DNA of 64,000 bases from an uncultured delta proteobacterium (GCA_963796055.1 CAWCKH010000004.1:128001-192000), one strand, 5' to 3'. Counted from the stretch's first letter, positions 13,671-23,543 are shown. Translations and numbers: made by a program. The notes: generated by a model from the sequence alone, not told the origin.

Positions 13671-15122
13671 TCAGCGGCCCAGGATCGTCTCGCGTCCATC
13701 GCGCCCGAGGATCCGGAACCCGGAGGCCTGCAGCTCGGCCAGCGCGCGGTCCTCGAACGTCACCACCCGGTTGAAGCGCCGGTCACGCATCGCCACCTGG
13801 AACGCGCCGTCCTGCGGCCAGTCGCAGGTGAGCCAGGGGATGCGCTTCCCCACGTAGAAGAAGCCACCCGAGCCCCAGAGCCCCTCGTTCACGATGAGCA
13901 GCCCGGTGACCTCCGCCGGCCGGGTCGCCTTGACGATTGCCCGGAACTCATCGCCGCGCAGGTCGCGGTACGGCGCCGCCGAGAAGACCGTCAGCAGCAG
14001 GGCGACGGCCGCCAGCCCGACGCGGTGCCACATCGCCCGGAGTCGCTCGAGCAGCGCAGCCAGCCCCGGCGCCGCCTCGGCGACCAGCAGCGCCTCCACC
14101 GGATAGAGGAAGCGCTCCTCCTTGTGCGTCGTCTGTAGAAGCGCCACGAGCATGAGGGCCGCCATCGCTCCGGCCACGCCCACCCGCGGCCGTAGCCATG
14201 CCACCCCGAGCACGAGCGCTGGCCACACCCAGAGGGGCACCTGCTTCCACAGGAACGGCCAGTAGTAGCCAGGCGGTTCCGCTCCGAACGTCCGCGCCGC
14301 CCCGCTGCTCCCCACGTTGAAGGTGAACCACGCCCGGACCGAGTGCCACGGCGCCCCCCAGCTCGCCCAGTCCAGCGCCCCCAGCCCGAGCAGCACGACT
14401 CCGAGCCCGACCGCCGCCCACCCGAGCAGCGCCCAGCGACGCCACGCTGCCACCCAGGCCAGCGCCGCCGCCACCGCCGGCAGCGAGCCGTAGCGCACCA
14501 CGAAGGCCAGCCCGAGTGCGGCGCCGCCCAGCAGCCCGGTGGAACGCGGACGCTCCTCCCGGCAGAGCGCCTCCGCGGCGACGAGCAGCAGCGCCACCGA
14601 GAGCGCCTCGCCCAGCGTCCGTCCCGCGACCACCACGAAGACCGGGAGGCAGCCGAGCGCGAACACCGTCACCCACCCGCCCGGCACCCCCGCCCGGCGC
14701 CTGCCGAGCCGCGCCGCCGCGACCAGCCCCCAAGCCTGCAACGCCCAGAGCGGAACCGCGATGAGCCCCCGCGCCACCCAGGGATCCGTCAGCCCCAGCC
14801 AGCCGCCCACCCGGAGCACCGCCGCCAGCACCAGCGGTACCGCCCAGTTTCGCAGGCCCTGCTTCCACTCCCAGGCCAGCACGCCGTAGCCGTGCACCCG
14901 CGCGTACGCCGGCTCGAGGAACTGGTACACCTCGTCCGGGTGCAGGCGGCCGAGCACCGCCACCGCTGCCACCGCCGGCACCAGCGCCAGGACCACCGCC
15001 CAGCGCGCGGGGGTCACCCACCGCCACTGCGGGGCGTCGAGCACGCCTCCGGCTGGCACGCCAGCCGCGCGTCCGGGCTCGGTCCGCCCGGGTGGAAACG
15101 GTGCAGCTTCGGCGTCGGTCAC
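13671..15122 (-). CDS. Alg9/PIG-B-like (GT22-type, GT-C fold) mannosyltransferase; start uncertain
   Basis: HPDEVYQFLEPA, AWEWKQGLR, HKEERFLYP; multiple TM segments. Confidence 0.85.
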   Translation of the reverse strand: MTDAEAAPFPPGRTEPGRAAGVPAGGVLDAPQWRWVTPARWAVVLALVPAVAAVAVLGRLHPDEVYQFLEPAYARVHGYGVLAWEWKQGLRNWAVPLVLAAVLRVGGWLGLTDPWVARGLIAVPLWALQAWGLVAAARLGRRRAGVPGGWVTVFALGCLPVFVVVAGRTLGEALSVALLLVAAEALCREERPRSTGLLGGAALGLAFVVRYGSLPAVAAALAWVAAWRRWALLGWAAVGLGVVLLGLGALDWASWGAPWHSVRAWFTFNVGSSGAARTFGAEPPGYYWPFLWKQVPLWVWPALVLGVAWLRPRVGVAGAMAALMLVALLQTTHKEERFLYPVEALLVAEAAPGLAALLERLRAMWHRVGLAAVALLLTVFSAAPYRDLRGDEFRAIVKATRPAEVTGLLIVNEGLWGSGGFFYVGKRIPWLTCDWPQDGAFQVAMRDRRFNRVVTFEDRALAELQASGFRILGRDGRETILGR

Positions 15123-15178
15123 GCTCGGCCGGCCAGTGTAGACGCTGGGAGTGGCGCTGTTACATTGGCCGGCTCCAC

Positions 15179-16396
15179 ATGGGCTACCTCGTACTGGCGC
15201 GGAAGTGGCGCCCCCAGACCTTCGACGACATGACCGGCCAGGAGCACGTGGTCCGCACGGTGGCCAATGCCATCAAGCTGGACCGGGTCGCCCACGCCTA
15301 CCTCTTCTGCGGCCCCCGCGGCGTCGGCAAGACCACCGCCGCCCGCCTCCTCGCCAAGGCCCTCAACTGCGTGAACGGCCCCACCGCCACCCCCTGCGGC
15401 GTCTGCCAGCCCTGCGTGGAGATCGCCGCCGGCACCTCGGTGGACGTCGCCGAGATCGACGGCGCCTCCAACAACGGCGTGGAGAACGTCCGGGAGATCC
15501 GCGAGAACGCCAAGTACCTGCCCCAGCGCGACCGGCACAAGATCTACATCATCGACGAGGTGCACATGCTCTCGGGAGCGGCGTTCAACGCGCTGCTCAA
15601 GACGCTCGAGGAGCCGCCGGGACACGTGAAGTTCATCTTCGCCACCACCGAGCCCCACAAGCTCCCGGACACCATCCTCTCCCGCTGCCAGCGCCACGAC
15701 TTCCGGCGCATCCCGGCCGAGCGGATGCTCGCCCGCGTGAAGCAGATCGCCACCGAGGAGAAGGCCGGCCTGTCCGACGCCTCGCTCGCCCTCATCGTCC
15801 GCCAGGCCGAGGGTGGGATGCGCGACGCCCTCTCCCTCCTCGACCAGGTGATGTCCGCCTGCGGGCCGGGCGCCAGCGACGCCGCCGTGGCCGAGGCCCT
15901 CGGGGCCATCGACCGCACCGTGGTCCAGCAGATGGCCGCCGCGCTCGTCCGCCGCGACGCGAAGGCCCTCCTCGATTCGGTCGAGGACCTCTTTCAGCGT
16001 GGAGCCGACCTGCGCCGGCTGGCCGAGGAGCTCGCGCTCGAGCTCCGCCACGTGCTCGTCACCCGCGCCACCGGCAAGCCCCCCGCCGAGCTGGCCGAGG
16101 TGGAGCAGAAGATGGTCGTCGAGCTCGCCCGCGAGGCCGACCCGGCACAGCTCGCGCGCCTGTTCGACGTGGTGCACGGTTCGGTCTGGGACGTCGGCCG
16201 CGCCGCGCAGCCCCGGCTCGCGCTGGAGATGGCTCTCCTCAAGGCCATCCAGCTCGCCCCCACCGCCTCCATCCCCGAGCTGCTCACCCGGGTGGAGAAG
16301 CTCCTCGGCACAGGCGCCGCGCCCGATGCGCGTGCGGCCGCCCGGCCCGGCGGGACGCCTGGAGGTCGTCCCGCTCCCCAGCCCTTTCGCGGCTGA
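15179..16396 (+). CDS. dnaX: DNA polymerase III gamma/tau, N-terminal ORF (405 aa)
   Basis: LARKWRPQTF, GPRGVGKT, zinc cluster, DEVHML, LKTLEEPP, SRC motif. Confidence 0.97.
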   Translation: MGYLVLARKWRPQTFDDMTGQEHVVRTVANAIKLDRVAHAYLFCGPRGVGKTTAARLLAKALNCVNGPTATPCGVCQPCVEIAAGTSVDVAEIDGASNNGVENVREIRENAKYLPQRDRHKIYIIDEVHMLSGAAFNALLKTLEEPPGHVKFIFATTEPHKLPDTILSRCQRHDFRRIPAERMLARVKQIATEEKAGLSDASLALIVRQAEGGMRDALSLLDQVMSACGPGASDAAVAEALGAIDRTVVQQMAAALVRRDAKALLDSVEDLFQRGADLRRLAEELALELRHVLVTRATGKPPAELAEVEQKMVVELAREADPAQLARLFDVVHGSVWDVGRAAQPRLALEMALLKAIQLAPTASIPELLTRVEKLLGTGAAPDARAAARPGGTPGGRPAPQPFRG

Positions 16397-17153
16397 GCCG
16401 GCTGCCGCGCGCGCCGCACCCGTCTCGGCCCCCCGCGCGAACGCCGTCCGGTCCTCGCCCGCCGTCGACCCTTCCCCGAAGCCCGCTTCCACCCCGGCAC
16501 CATCTCGCCCTGCCCCCGCCGCCACGCCGTCGACCGACGCCGCCCGACCCGGCTCGAAGACCAGCGCATCCGAGACCCGCGCGCCGACACCGAGACCGGC
16601 CGATGCCCCGCTGGTGGTCGACACCAGCCCTGGTGGCTGTGCCGCGGGTGAATGCCTGCCGGAGCCTGCTGCGCCGGCCCGCGGACGGGACGATCCGTCG
16701 CGCTCGCTCCTCGACCGCTGGCGCACCGCGCTCGACACCGTGGCCGCGGAGTCGCCCCGGCACTCGGCCTCGCTGAAGCAGGCCCGGCTCCTCTACCTCC
16801 GCGAGGGCGAGGTCGGAGTCGCCTACCGCGGCGACGCCAGCTTCCATCGCACCACCGTCAGCGGGCAGAGCGGGCGGCCGGTGGTGGAGCGCCTGCTCTC
16901 GGTCCACTTCGGACGGCCCACCCGCCTGGTGGTGGACGAGACCGCGGGGGCGGCCGCGGGTGGAAAGAGCATCGCGGAGCTGGACGCCGACGCCCGCGCC
17001 GAGCACGAGCGCGCCACCGGACAGTCCGTCCGCAACCACCCCGCCATCCTCGCCACCCTCCGCGTCCTCGGCGGCGAGCTGGAGCACATCCAGGTCCTCG
17101 AGCACGAGCGCACCGGCGCCCCCGGCAGCGACGTCATCGACGAGCAGCCCTGA
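16386..17153 (+). CDS. dnaX: DnaX tau-like C-terminal part, in the +1 frame
   Basis: Pro/Ala-rich linker followed by WRTALDTV...SASLKQARLL...VRNHPAILATLRVLGG, resembling DnaX C-terminal regions; sits directly before ybaB. Confidence 0.72.
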   Translation, partial: FAAEPAAARAAPVSAPRANAVRSSPAVDPSPKPASTPAPSRPAPAATPSTDAARPGSKTSASETRAPTPRPADAPLVVDTSPGGCAAGECLPEPAAPARGRDDPSRSLLDRWRTALDTVAAESPRHSASLKQARLLYLREGEVGVAYRGDASFHRTTVSGQSGRPVVERLLSVHFGRPTRLVVDETAGAAAGGKSIAELDADARAEHERATGQSVRNHPAILATLRVLGGELEHIQVLEHERTGAPGSDVIDEQP

Positions 17154-17172
17154 CCAGAGCACGGAGCCAGCC

Positions 17173-17493
17173 ATGCCCGGAGTCGATCTCAACTACTTCA
17201 TGCGCCAGGCCAGCAAGCTGACCGAGAAGCTCGAGCAGCGGAAGAAGGAGCTGGCCGAGGAGACGGTCGAGGGCCAGGCCGGCGACGGTCGGGTCAAGGT
17301 CGTCGCCACCGGCGCGGGGGACGTCCGCTCGATCAAGATTGCCCCGGAGGTCCTCACCGCCGGCGACGTGGCGATGATGGAGGACCTCATCGCCGCCGCG
17401 GTCAACGCCGCCCTCACCCAGGCTCGCGAGCTCAGCGAGCGCGAGCTGGGGAAGATCTCCGGCGGTCTGAAGATTCCCGGAATCACCGGATGA
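17173..17493 (+). CDS. ybaB: YbaB/EbfC nucleoid-associated protein
   Basis: VEGQAGDGRVKV...EDLIAAAVNAAL; located between dnaX and recR. Confidence 0.93.
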   Translation: MPGVDLNYFMRQASKLTEKLEQRKKELAEETVEGQAGDGRVKVVATGAGDVRSIKIAPEVLTAGDVAMMEDLIAAAVNAALTQARELSERELGKISGGLKIPGITG

Positions 17494-18083
17494 CGCCGGA
17501 CCCCCTCAACCGCCTCGTCGCCCAGCTGTCGAAGCTCCCCGGCATCGGGGAGAAGACTGCCCAGCGGCTGGCCTTCCACATCTTGCGAGCACCGCCCGAG
17601 TACGCCGCCGAGCTGGTCGCCGCGCTGCAGGAAGTGAAGAGCAAGGTCCGGCTCTGCAGCCGATGCTTCGCGCTCACCGAGGGACAGCTGTGCGGCTTCT
17701 GCACCGACCCGCGCCGTGACGACCGGCTCCTGTGCGTGGTGGAGGGCATCGCCGACTTGATGGCCCTGGAGAAGACGCGGGAGTTCAAGGGGCGCTACCA
17801 CGTGCTCCACGGCGTGCTGTCGCCGCTGGAGGGCGTGGGCCCGGAGCAGCTGCGGATCCAGGAGCTGCTCGTCCGCCTCGAGGACGGCAAGGTGGAGGAG
17901 GTCATCGTCGCCACCAACCCGGACGTCGAGGGCGAGGCGACGGCGCTCTACTTGATGAGGCTGCTCAAGCCGATGGGCATCCGGATCACCCGGCTTGCCC
18001 AGGGGCTCCCAATGGGCGGCGACCTCGAGTTCGCGGACCAGGCCACCTTGGCCCGCGCACTCTCCGGGCGCAGGGAGCTGTAG
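17490..18083 (+). CDS. recR: Recombination mediator RecR
   Basis: LPGIGEKTAQRLAF, C4 zinc finger, TOPRIM motif ATNPDVEGEATA. Confidence 0.97.
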   Translation: MTPDPLNRLVAQLSKLPGIGEKTAQRLAFHILRAPPEYAAELVAALQEVKSKVRLCSRCFALTEGQLCGFCTDPRRDDRLLCVVEGIADLMALEKTREFKGRYHVLHGVLSPLEGVGPEQLRIQELLVRLEDGKVEEVIVATNPDVEGEATALYLMRLLKPMGIRITRLAQGLPMGGDLEFADQATLARALSGRREL

Positions 18084-18098
18084 GGACCACCCGGGCAG

Positions 18099-21000
18099 TC
18101 AGCGGGCGTCGCTCGGGGCGCAGACGCGGAATCCCAGATAGACGGCCCGCGTCTGCGCTTCGAGCGGTTCGTGACTGGTGATGCGTGCGCTGAACGGGGC
18201 GTCGAAGTACCAGCTTCCTCCTCGTCCGCTCGCAGCCGCACCGGGACGCCCTACCGCGACGATCTCCAGCGCATTGCCAAGCAGGTCGTGAACCCCGAAC
18301 GGACTGTCCGACTCGGGGTGCGAGCCGACTTCGTCCGGACCGAAGGCCACCGAGTTTCGCCCGTAGGTCAGATCGACGTTGGTCATGCTCGCCGGCAAGA
18401 TGTCTCCTGTGGTGTACGTTCGATCATCGGCACCCCTCGCGGCTCGTTCCCACTCCCATTCGCTGCACAGGCGCGCGCCGGGAACACGACCCGTGGCCCC
18501 GAGCCAGGCGAGGTACTCGTGGATATCCACCAGGGAGATCCCGGTGACCGGGAAACGCCGCCAGTCCTGAACCGCGAGCCGGTTGCGCCCCTCGTAGTGA
18601 ATCGGCTCGCCCCACCGAGCGACGTACTCCTTGGAGGTTGGCCGGAGGCGGAGCTTCCAACCCTTCGGGTCGCGTTCGAGGCGGACTGATCCCTTGGTGC
18701 TCTCGATGTTCGGGAGGCGTTCTAATGCATTCGCCTTCAACGACTCTAGGAAATCAATCCACTGCGCAAACGTGACCTCGAACTCGGAAATGAAATAACC
18801 CCTCGTCTCCACCTCGTGGATGGGCGGTGCCGTCTGGGCGATCCGGAGACTCTCCTCGTCCGCGCTTCCGACCAGGAACCGACCTGGGGGGACGAAGATG
18901 AAGCCTGAGGGGACGCTCGCGGGGTCCGGGAAGTGGAGAGCGAGCTGTCGCTTTTCACCTGCCTGAAGGACGAAGGGATACCTGAGCTTGCTTCCCTCGT
19001 TCGAGGTCAAGACGAGACGATAACTTCCTGGGGCCAGGGGAAGCTCGATTGAACCTCCAGGCACGAGGTGCTGGATCAGCTGCGGCCGAAGAATCCCGCC
19101 CACGGTGCCATACCGCTCGAGGACGATCTCTTTCGGGGAGGGGCTGATGGAGAGCGTCACGGCGCCCTGAGCCTCGAGCTGCTCTCGAAAGCGGCCCTCG
19201 GTATCGAAGGCAATCAATCGCTGGCGCAGCTCTTCGCTCGAGCCGGCGCGGCGGCGAGTGTTGCTCAATTGCCCGAAGAGCAACGCGGCAATGTCGGTCC
19301 GCCGGGACGTGCGTTCTGGCTCGAGGGACAGGGCCAGCTCCAGTGAGGCGGCGGCGCGGGCATAGGCGGCCTCCGCCTTGTGCTGCAGAGCGACCGACTC
19401 CGCCCACACGGATTCCGCGTCATCCCATCGGGCGTGCTCTGGCGCGGGCCGGCCAGGAGGCTGCATCCAGGTTCCGTCGAAGAGGCCCAGCGCTTCGGCA
19501 CGCTTTTCCTGACCGGCCGCAGCCGCGGCCCGAGCCTCCCTCGCGCTCTCCTGCGCCAGCGCTTCATAGCTCCGGAGCCTCGTCTCGAGGCCCGCCCTGG
19601 TTCGGGCGTTGGCGATCAAGGCCACGAGAGCGATGAGCGGCGCGGCGGCGATCGCCAGGCCCACGGGCAGCAGTCGGTGCAGGCGAGCGCGACGTCGAGA
19701 GGCTTCCACGAACAATCGTTCCTGCTCGTCGAGGGTGTGGGTGTCGAGCTCCCGGATCTCCCGGAGCTGGCGGCGATGCCAGAGAGCGTCGGGCGACCGC
19801 CCCAGCCGCTTCCACTCGTCTGCCGCATCGCGCAGCCGCTGCCGCGCCCGATTGATCCCCGAGGACTCGGCGAGCCATCCGGCGAGCACCGGCCAGATCG
19901 TAGGGAGCGACTCGTGGGCGAGCTCGTACTCCGTTTCCCCGACCCGGCTCCGGGCGACGACCAGGCGTCCGACAACCAGGGCATCCAGTGCCTCGGCCGC
20001 CGGGCCCCGGTCGGCTCCGATCTCCTGAGCGCTTCGCCTGACCCGCGTGCCGTCGCTCTGCACCAGGCTGAGGAGAATCCGCCGCGCCTCCTTCTGCTGC
20101 TCGGGGAGGAGCTTGGCCAGGACGGAGTCGGCATGCCGCGCCAGCGCCCCGTTGACTCCCCCGATGGCTTCCAGGGCTGCGCTGGTGATACCCACCTCCT
20201 TGGAAGAACCTGCTTCCCAGAGCTCGGAGAGCGCGAATTGAAGCAGGGGCAGCGATCCCGTGGGGGCCTGGCCGGCCATCACCAGCCCCTCGACCATCTC
20301 TTCGGATTCGAAGCTCACACCGTACGCTCGGGCCGGCCCGACGATCGCCTCGCGCAGGCGTTCCGGGGAGAGAGGCCGGAGGAAGTAGAGCGACCGTTGC
20401 AGCTCTTCGCCCAGACCGGGGAGAGCGGCGAGCCGGGTGACGAAGTCGCCCCGAACGGTCATCAGCCAGTGGAGACTCGGCGCCAGCGAGAGCGTGATCG
20501 CGCAGCACTGGGCGAACCGAGAAGCCTCCTCGGTCGAGCTGACGGAGACGAGCTCCTCCGCCTGGTCCACGAAGACCAGGATCATCAGCTCCTCTCGCGT
20601 CTGCCGCTCTCGCTGCACCGCGCGAGCGAGGGCTGCGGGCTCGGATCGAATCCAGGCCTCCAGAGCGGCGGCATCGATTCGCAGGAGCGGCCCCAGGGCC
20701 GTCGCCAGGTGCAGGAGCGGTTCTCGCCCCGGGACGAGGCGGGCGGTCATCCCCGGACGGGAACCGGCCAGCCCCAGCTCCGTGACCAGTGGCAAGACCC
20801 CGGCCCGGCAAAGAGAGGACTTCCCGATGCCCGACTCACCGGCGATGACCACCAACGACTCGGCGCGGACTCGCTCGAGCACCGCCCGGATGTCGGAATC
20901 CCGTCCGAAGAACACGGCTCGATGCTCGCTGTCGAAGGCGCGCAGACCGCGGTAGGGGTTGCCCTCGGGAAGCCCGACCATCCGATGGGTCGGAGCCACC

Positions 21001-21860
21001 TGCTCCAGGGCCTCGAGGACTTCGTCCGCGGAGGCGTATCGGCGCAGAGGGTCGACTTCCAGGCAGCGATCGATGGTCTGCGCGAAGCGTTGGTTGATTC
21101 CCGGCGCTTCGTTGGCGGTTGGTGGAACTGACCAGTCGCCAGGCTCGCGACGAGGCGGATGACCAACGCAGAGCTCGTAGAGGACCGCACCGAGCGAGTA
21201 CAGGTCGCTTCGCCGGGAGGCTGACTCGCCTTCCAAGACCTCGGGGGCCATGTAGAGCGGGGTTCCGGGCATTTGCCTTCCGGGCCGAGCTCGACCGGTG
21301 GAGAGCTCGTCGGTGACGGCGTCGAGCGTGCGAGTAGTTCTCCGCCACGAGGCAGAGCCGCGGCTTGTACCACTCGGCTGGGACTGCTCTTCGAGCTTGG
21401 CGATCCCGAAATCGAGAATCTTGACCTCGCCCTTCTCGCTGAGCACCGCGTTGGCCGGCTTGATGTCGCGATGGAGCACGCCTTGCCGGTGCACGGCGGC
21501 AAGACCGCGGGCCAGCTCCAGTCCGATCTTGAGCGTGCTCTCCCAGGGCATGGGGCGGCTGAGAGCATCCAGGCTCTGGCCGCGGACGTACTCGGAAACG
21601 AGGTACGGATGCCCCTCGATCTGGCTGACGCGATGAACGGAGACCACGTTCGGGTGAGCGAGCCGGGCCAGCGCCCGTCCTTCAGCCAGGAACCGGTCCT
21701 CGAGCGTCGGCGCCGACTCCGCCCCGGCGGTGAACTTGATCGCCACCAACCTATCGAGGAGGAGGTCCCTCGCCAGATAGACGTGGCCCATCCCCCCTCG
21801 TCCGAGAGGACGGAGAACCCGATAGCCGTCGAAGTCCGAGGGTGGACTCCACGTTTCCAT
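18099..21860 (-). CDS. Ser/Thr kinase + nSTAND1-type NTPase + TM + FGE-sulfatase (SUMF1) domain protein
   Basis: GRGGMGHVY, HRDIKPAN, DFG; NPYRGLRAF..FFGRD, GESGIGKSS, VDQAEEL; TM segment; SEWEWERAARG, SPFGVHDLLGN, GFRVC. Confidence 0.9.
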   Translation of the reverse strand: METWSPPSDFDGYRVLRPLGRGGMGHVYLARDLLLDRLVAIKFTAGAESAPTLEDRFLAEGRALARLAHPNVVSVHRVSQIEGHPYLVSEYVRGQSLDALSRPMPWESTLKIGLELARGLAAVHRQGVLHRDIKPANAVLSEKGEVKILDFGIAKLEEQSQPSGTSRGSASWRRTTRTLDAVTDELSTGRARPGRQMPGTPLYMAPEVLEGESASRRSDLYSLGAVLYELCVGHPPRREPGDWSVPPTANEAPGINQRFAQTIDRCLEVDPLRRYASADEVLEALEQVAPTHRMVGLPEGNPYRGLRAFDSEHRAVFFGRDSDIRAVLERVRAESLVVIAGESGIGKSSLCRAGVLPLVTELGLAGSRPGMTARLVPGREPLLHLATALGPLLRIDAAALEAWIRSEPAALARAVQRERQTREELMILVFVDQAEELVSVSSTEEASRFAQCCAITLSLAPSLHWLMTVRGDFVTRLAALPGLGEELQRSLYFLRPLSPERLREAIVGPARAYGVSFESEEMVEGLVMAGQAPTGSLPLLQFALSELWEAGSSKEVGITSAALEAIGGVNGALARHADSVLAKLLPEQQKEARRILLSLVQSDGTRVRRSAQEIGADRGPAAEALDALVVGRLVVARSRVGETEYELAHESLPTIWPVLAGWLAESSGINRARQRLRDAADEWKRLGRSPDALWHRRQLREIRELDTHTLDEQERLFVEASRRRARLHRLLPVGLAIAAAPLIALVALIANARTRAGLETRLRSYEALAQESAREARAAAAAGQEKRAEALGLFDGTWMQPPGRPAPEHARWDDAESVWAESVALQHKAEAAYARAAASLELALSLEPERTSRRTDIAALLFGQLSNTRRRAGSSEELRQRLIAFDTEGRFREQLEAQGAVTLSISPSPKEIVLERYGTVGGILRPQLIQHLVPGGSIELPLAPGSYRLVLTSNEGSKLRYPFVLQAGEKRQLALHFPDPASVPSGFIFVPPGRFLVGSADEESLRIAQTAPPIHEVETRGYFISEFEVTFAQWIDFLESLKANALERLPNIESTKGSVRLERDPKGWKLRLRPTSKEYVARWGEPIHYEGRNRLAVQDWRRFPVTGISLVDIHEYLAWLGATGRVPGARLCSEWEWERAARGADDRTYTTGDILPASMTNVDLTYGRNSVAFGPDEVGSHPESDSPFGVHDLLGNALEIVAVGRPGAAASGRGGSWYFDAPFSARITSHEPLEAQTRAVYLGFRVCAPSDAR

Positions 21861-21863
21861 CTC

Positions 21864-22814
21864 TCAATGAGGGCACTGCGGGCAGTCCGGGTCGAACGCG
21901 CCGCGGGGACAGGGCGAAATGTTCAGGGTCGACCCGTTGCAGGAGTGAATACGGGAGCGATTCCAGAGCACGGCATTTGGTGGCGTCATCCCCCTCCGGC
22001 ATTTGAACACTTTCTTCTCGTACTCGACGGTGTCTGGAAAGGTCGACTTCATCATCTCTCCTGCCTTTGGCCCGAGGATCGTGGTGACGCGGGTGACGAC
22101 CTCTTTCCAGCGGGGATGGAAGATGCAGATCGCTCCCAGGTCGGTCCAGTATGCCTCCAGACAACTCTCACAGTCCGTGCAGTCGCATCGATCCGCGGAA
22201 CTTCCCGGTTGGATGTGCGTCCCGACCCGCGTCGCGCTCGAGCCGTTGCCGAGATAGTCCGCGCGGGCCATCCGCACACAGGCATTGAAGCGCCTCTGGT
22301 CTCCCGGGGTGGTGGGTCCATAGTTCCAATCGATGCAGTCCCCGGCGGTGCTGAAGAGCTCCGGCTGCGGTCCAGCACAGGAGGGCGTCTGTGGTCCGTT
22401 GCCATCGTTTCCGCCGCAGACGAGCGTCAGAGGCGTGCCCATCGAAAACGTGAAGCCTCCGCTCAACAGCTTCGCCTTCAGTACGAACACTCGGAACGAG
22501 CCCCGGGGCGGGGCTTTACAGAAGCCTGGACGGCTGAAGGTTGGGCTCGGGCAATCCCAGAACCCTCCCTTGTCCGTGCAATTCGCGACCGTGACGGTGG
22601 TGCTCCCCGGGTCGGCGAGTGTCAGCGTTGCCGCTGCGGCTGTTCCCGTCGGGGCGCCGTTCGTGACCCCGTAACAGTTTCCGGCGGGCTTGCCGCCCGC
22701 GAGCATCTCGAGCCCCTCTCCGCACACGTACGTGCCTTGTGTCCTGTCACCAGCTGCCTGCGCAGGTGCAGCGAGGAGCCAGCACAGCGCCCCGACCATT
22801 GCTGCAGTCCTCAT
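21864..22814 (-). CDS. Secreted Cys-rich ADYC-domain protein
   Basis: Signal peptide MRTAAMVGALCWLLAAPAQA; FNACVRMARADYLGNG.ATRVGT and EAYW...GAICI motifs. Confidence 0.8.
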   Translation of the reverse strand: MRTAAMVGALCWLLAAPAQAAGDRTQGTYVCGEGLEMLAGGKPAGNCYGVTNGAPTGTAAAATLTLADPGSTTVTVANCTDKGGFWDCPSPTFSRPGFCKAPPRGSFRVFVLKAKLLSGGFTFSMGTPLTLVCGGNDGNGPQTPSCAGPQPELFSTAGDCIDWNYGPTTPGDQRRFNACVRMARADYLGNGSSATRVGTHIQPGSSADRCDCTDCESCLEAYWTDLGAICIFHPRWKEVVTRVTTILGPKAGEMMKSTFPDTVEYEKKVFKCRRGMTPPNAVLWNRSRIHSCNGSTLNISPCPRGAFDPDCPQCPH

Positions 22815-22973
22815 GGTGCCCCCTTTGGGGTGGCAGCCGCGCTCGAGAGCGATCTCCACTCGGGCCCACCCACCCCGAAAGACCACGGGCCCCTGATGTG
22901 TCGCCGGCAGAGGCGGACTCCACGCCAGTTCCTCGGTCGGTGCAACCGCCACCGCGTCCCAAGGACGAAAGAC

Positions 22974-23543
22974 TCACGCAGGACCGTATTCCGCGGAATT
23001 CGTGCACGCCTGGATCCGGATCTTTCGGTGCTGCGGATGCGGGGACCGGCCCTGCTGGCGCGGCTCCGGAAGCGCCTCGAACCGCGTGGCCGCCGAGAAG
23101 TCCTCGAACGGGAGCGCCGACTCGGTCTGGTACTCCCGCCACCGGCTTATGCGCCCATCGCGGAGCTGCACCATCACCACGCCGTGGTACTGGCGGTTCA
23201 GCCGGAAGGTGCACTCGCCGGCGCCGATCTGCGTCCGCGCGTCGAAGACCAGGTGGTGCCAGGTCATGTGCATCGGTAGGTCGGTGCCCTTCGTCCCGCC
23301 GAAGAACTCGAAGAGGTTGGCCCGGCCGGAGTGGAACTGCTTTCGTGGCGGCTCCTCGTAGAGCGCGTCCTCGGTGAAGCACTCCACCGCCTTGGTCGCG
23401 TTCCCTTCCCGCCACCCCTCGGCCACCCGCTCCATCAGCGCCCGGAATCCGTCGGCGTCGAGCCCACCTCCGGCCGCCGGGAGAGGGGGTCTCGCCGCTG
23501 CGCAGCCCACCAGCACGACCACGGACAGGAGCCATCGACGCAT
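22974..23543 (-). CDS. SnoaL/NTF2-like lipoprotein
   Basis: Lipobox VLVGC; CFTEDALYEEPP...DGRISRWREYQ. Confidence 0.8.
   Translation of the reverse strand: MRRWLLSVVVLVGCAAARPPLPAAGGGLDADGFRALMERVAEGWREGNATKAVECFTEDALYEEPPRKQFHSGRANLFEFFGGTKGTDLPMHMTWHHLVFDARTQIGAGECTFRLNRQYHGVVMVQLRDGRISRWREYQTESALPFEDFSAATRFEALPEPRQQGRSPHPQHRKIRIQACTNSAEYGPA

Noticed and set aside
12094..15122. Genomic island integrated at a tRNA or at ffs
   Set aside because: No integrase and no duplicated tRNA 3' end noticed; only two genes lie between ffs and dnaX.
18099..19000. Diversity-generating retroelement target (FGE/C-type-lectin fold)
   Set aside because: No template repeat or reverse transcriptase seen in the window.
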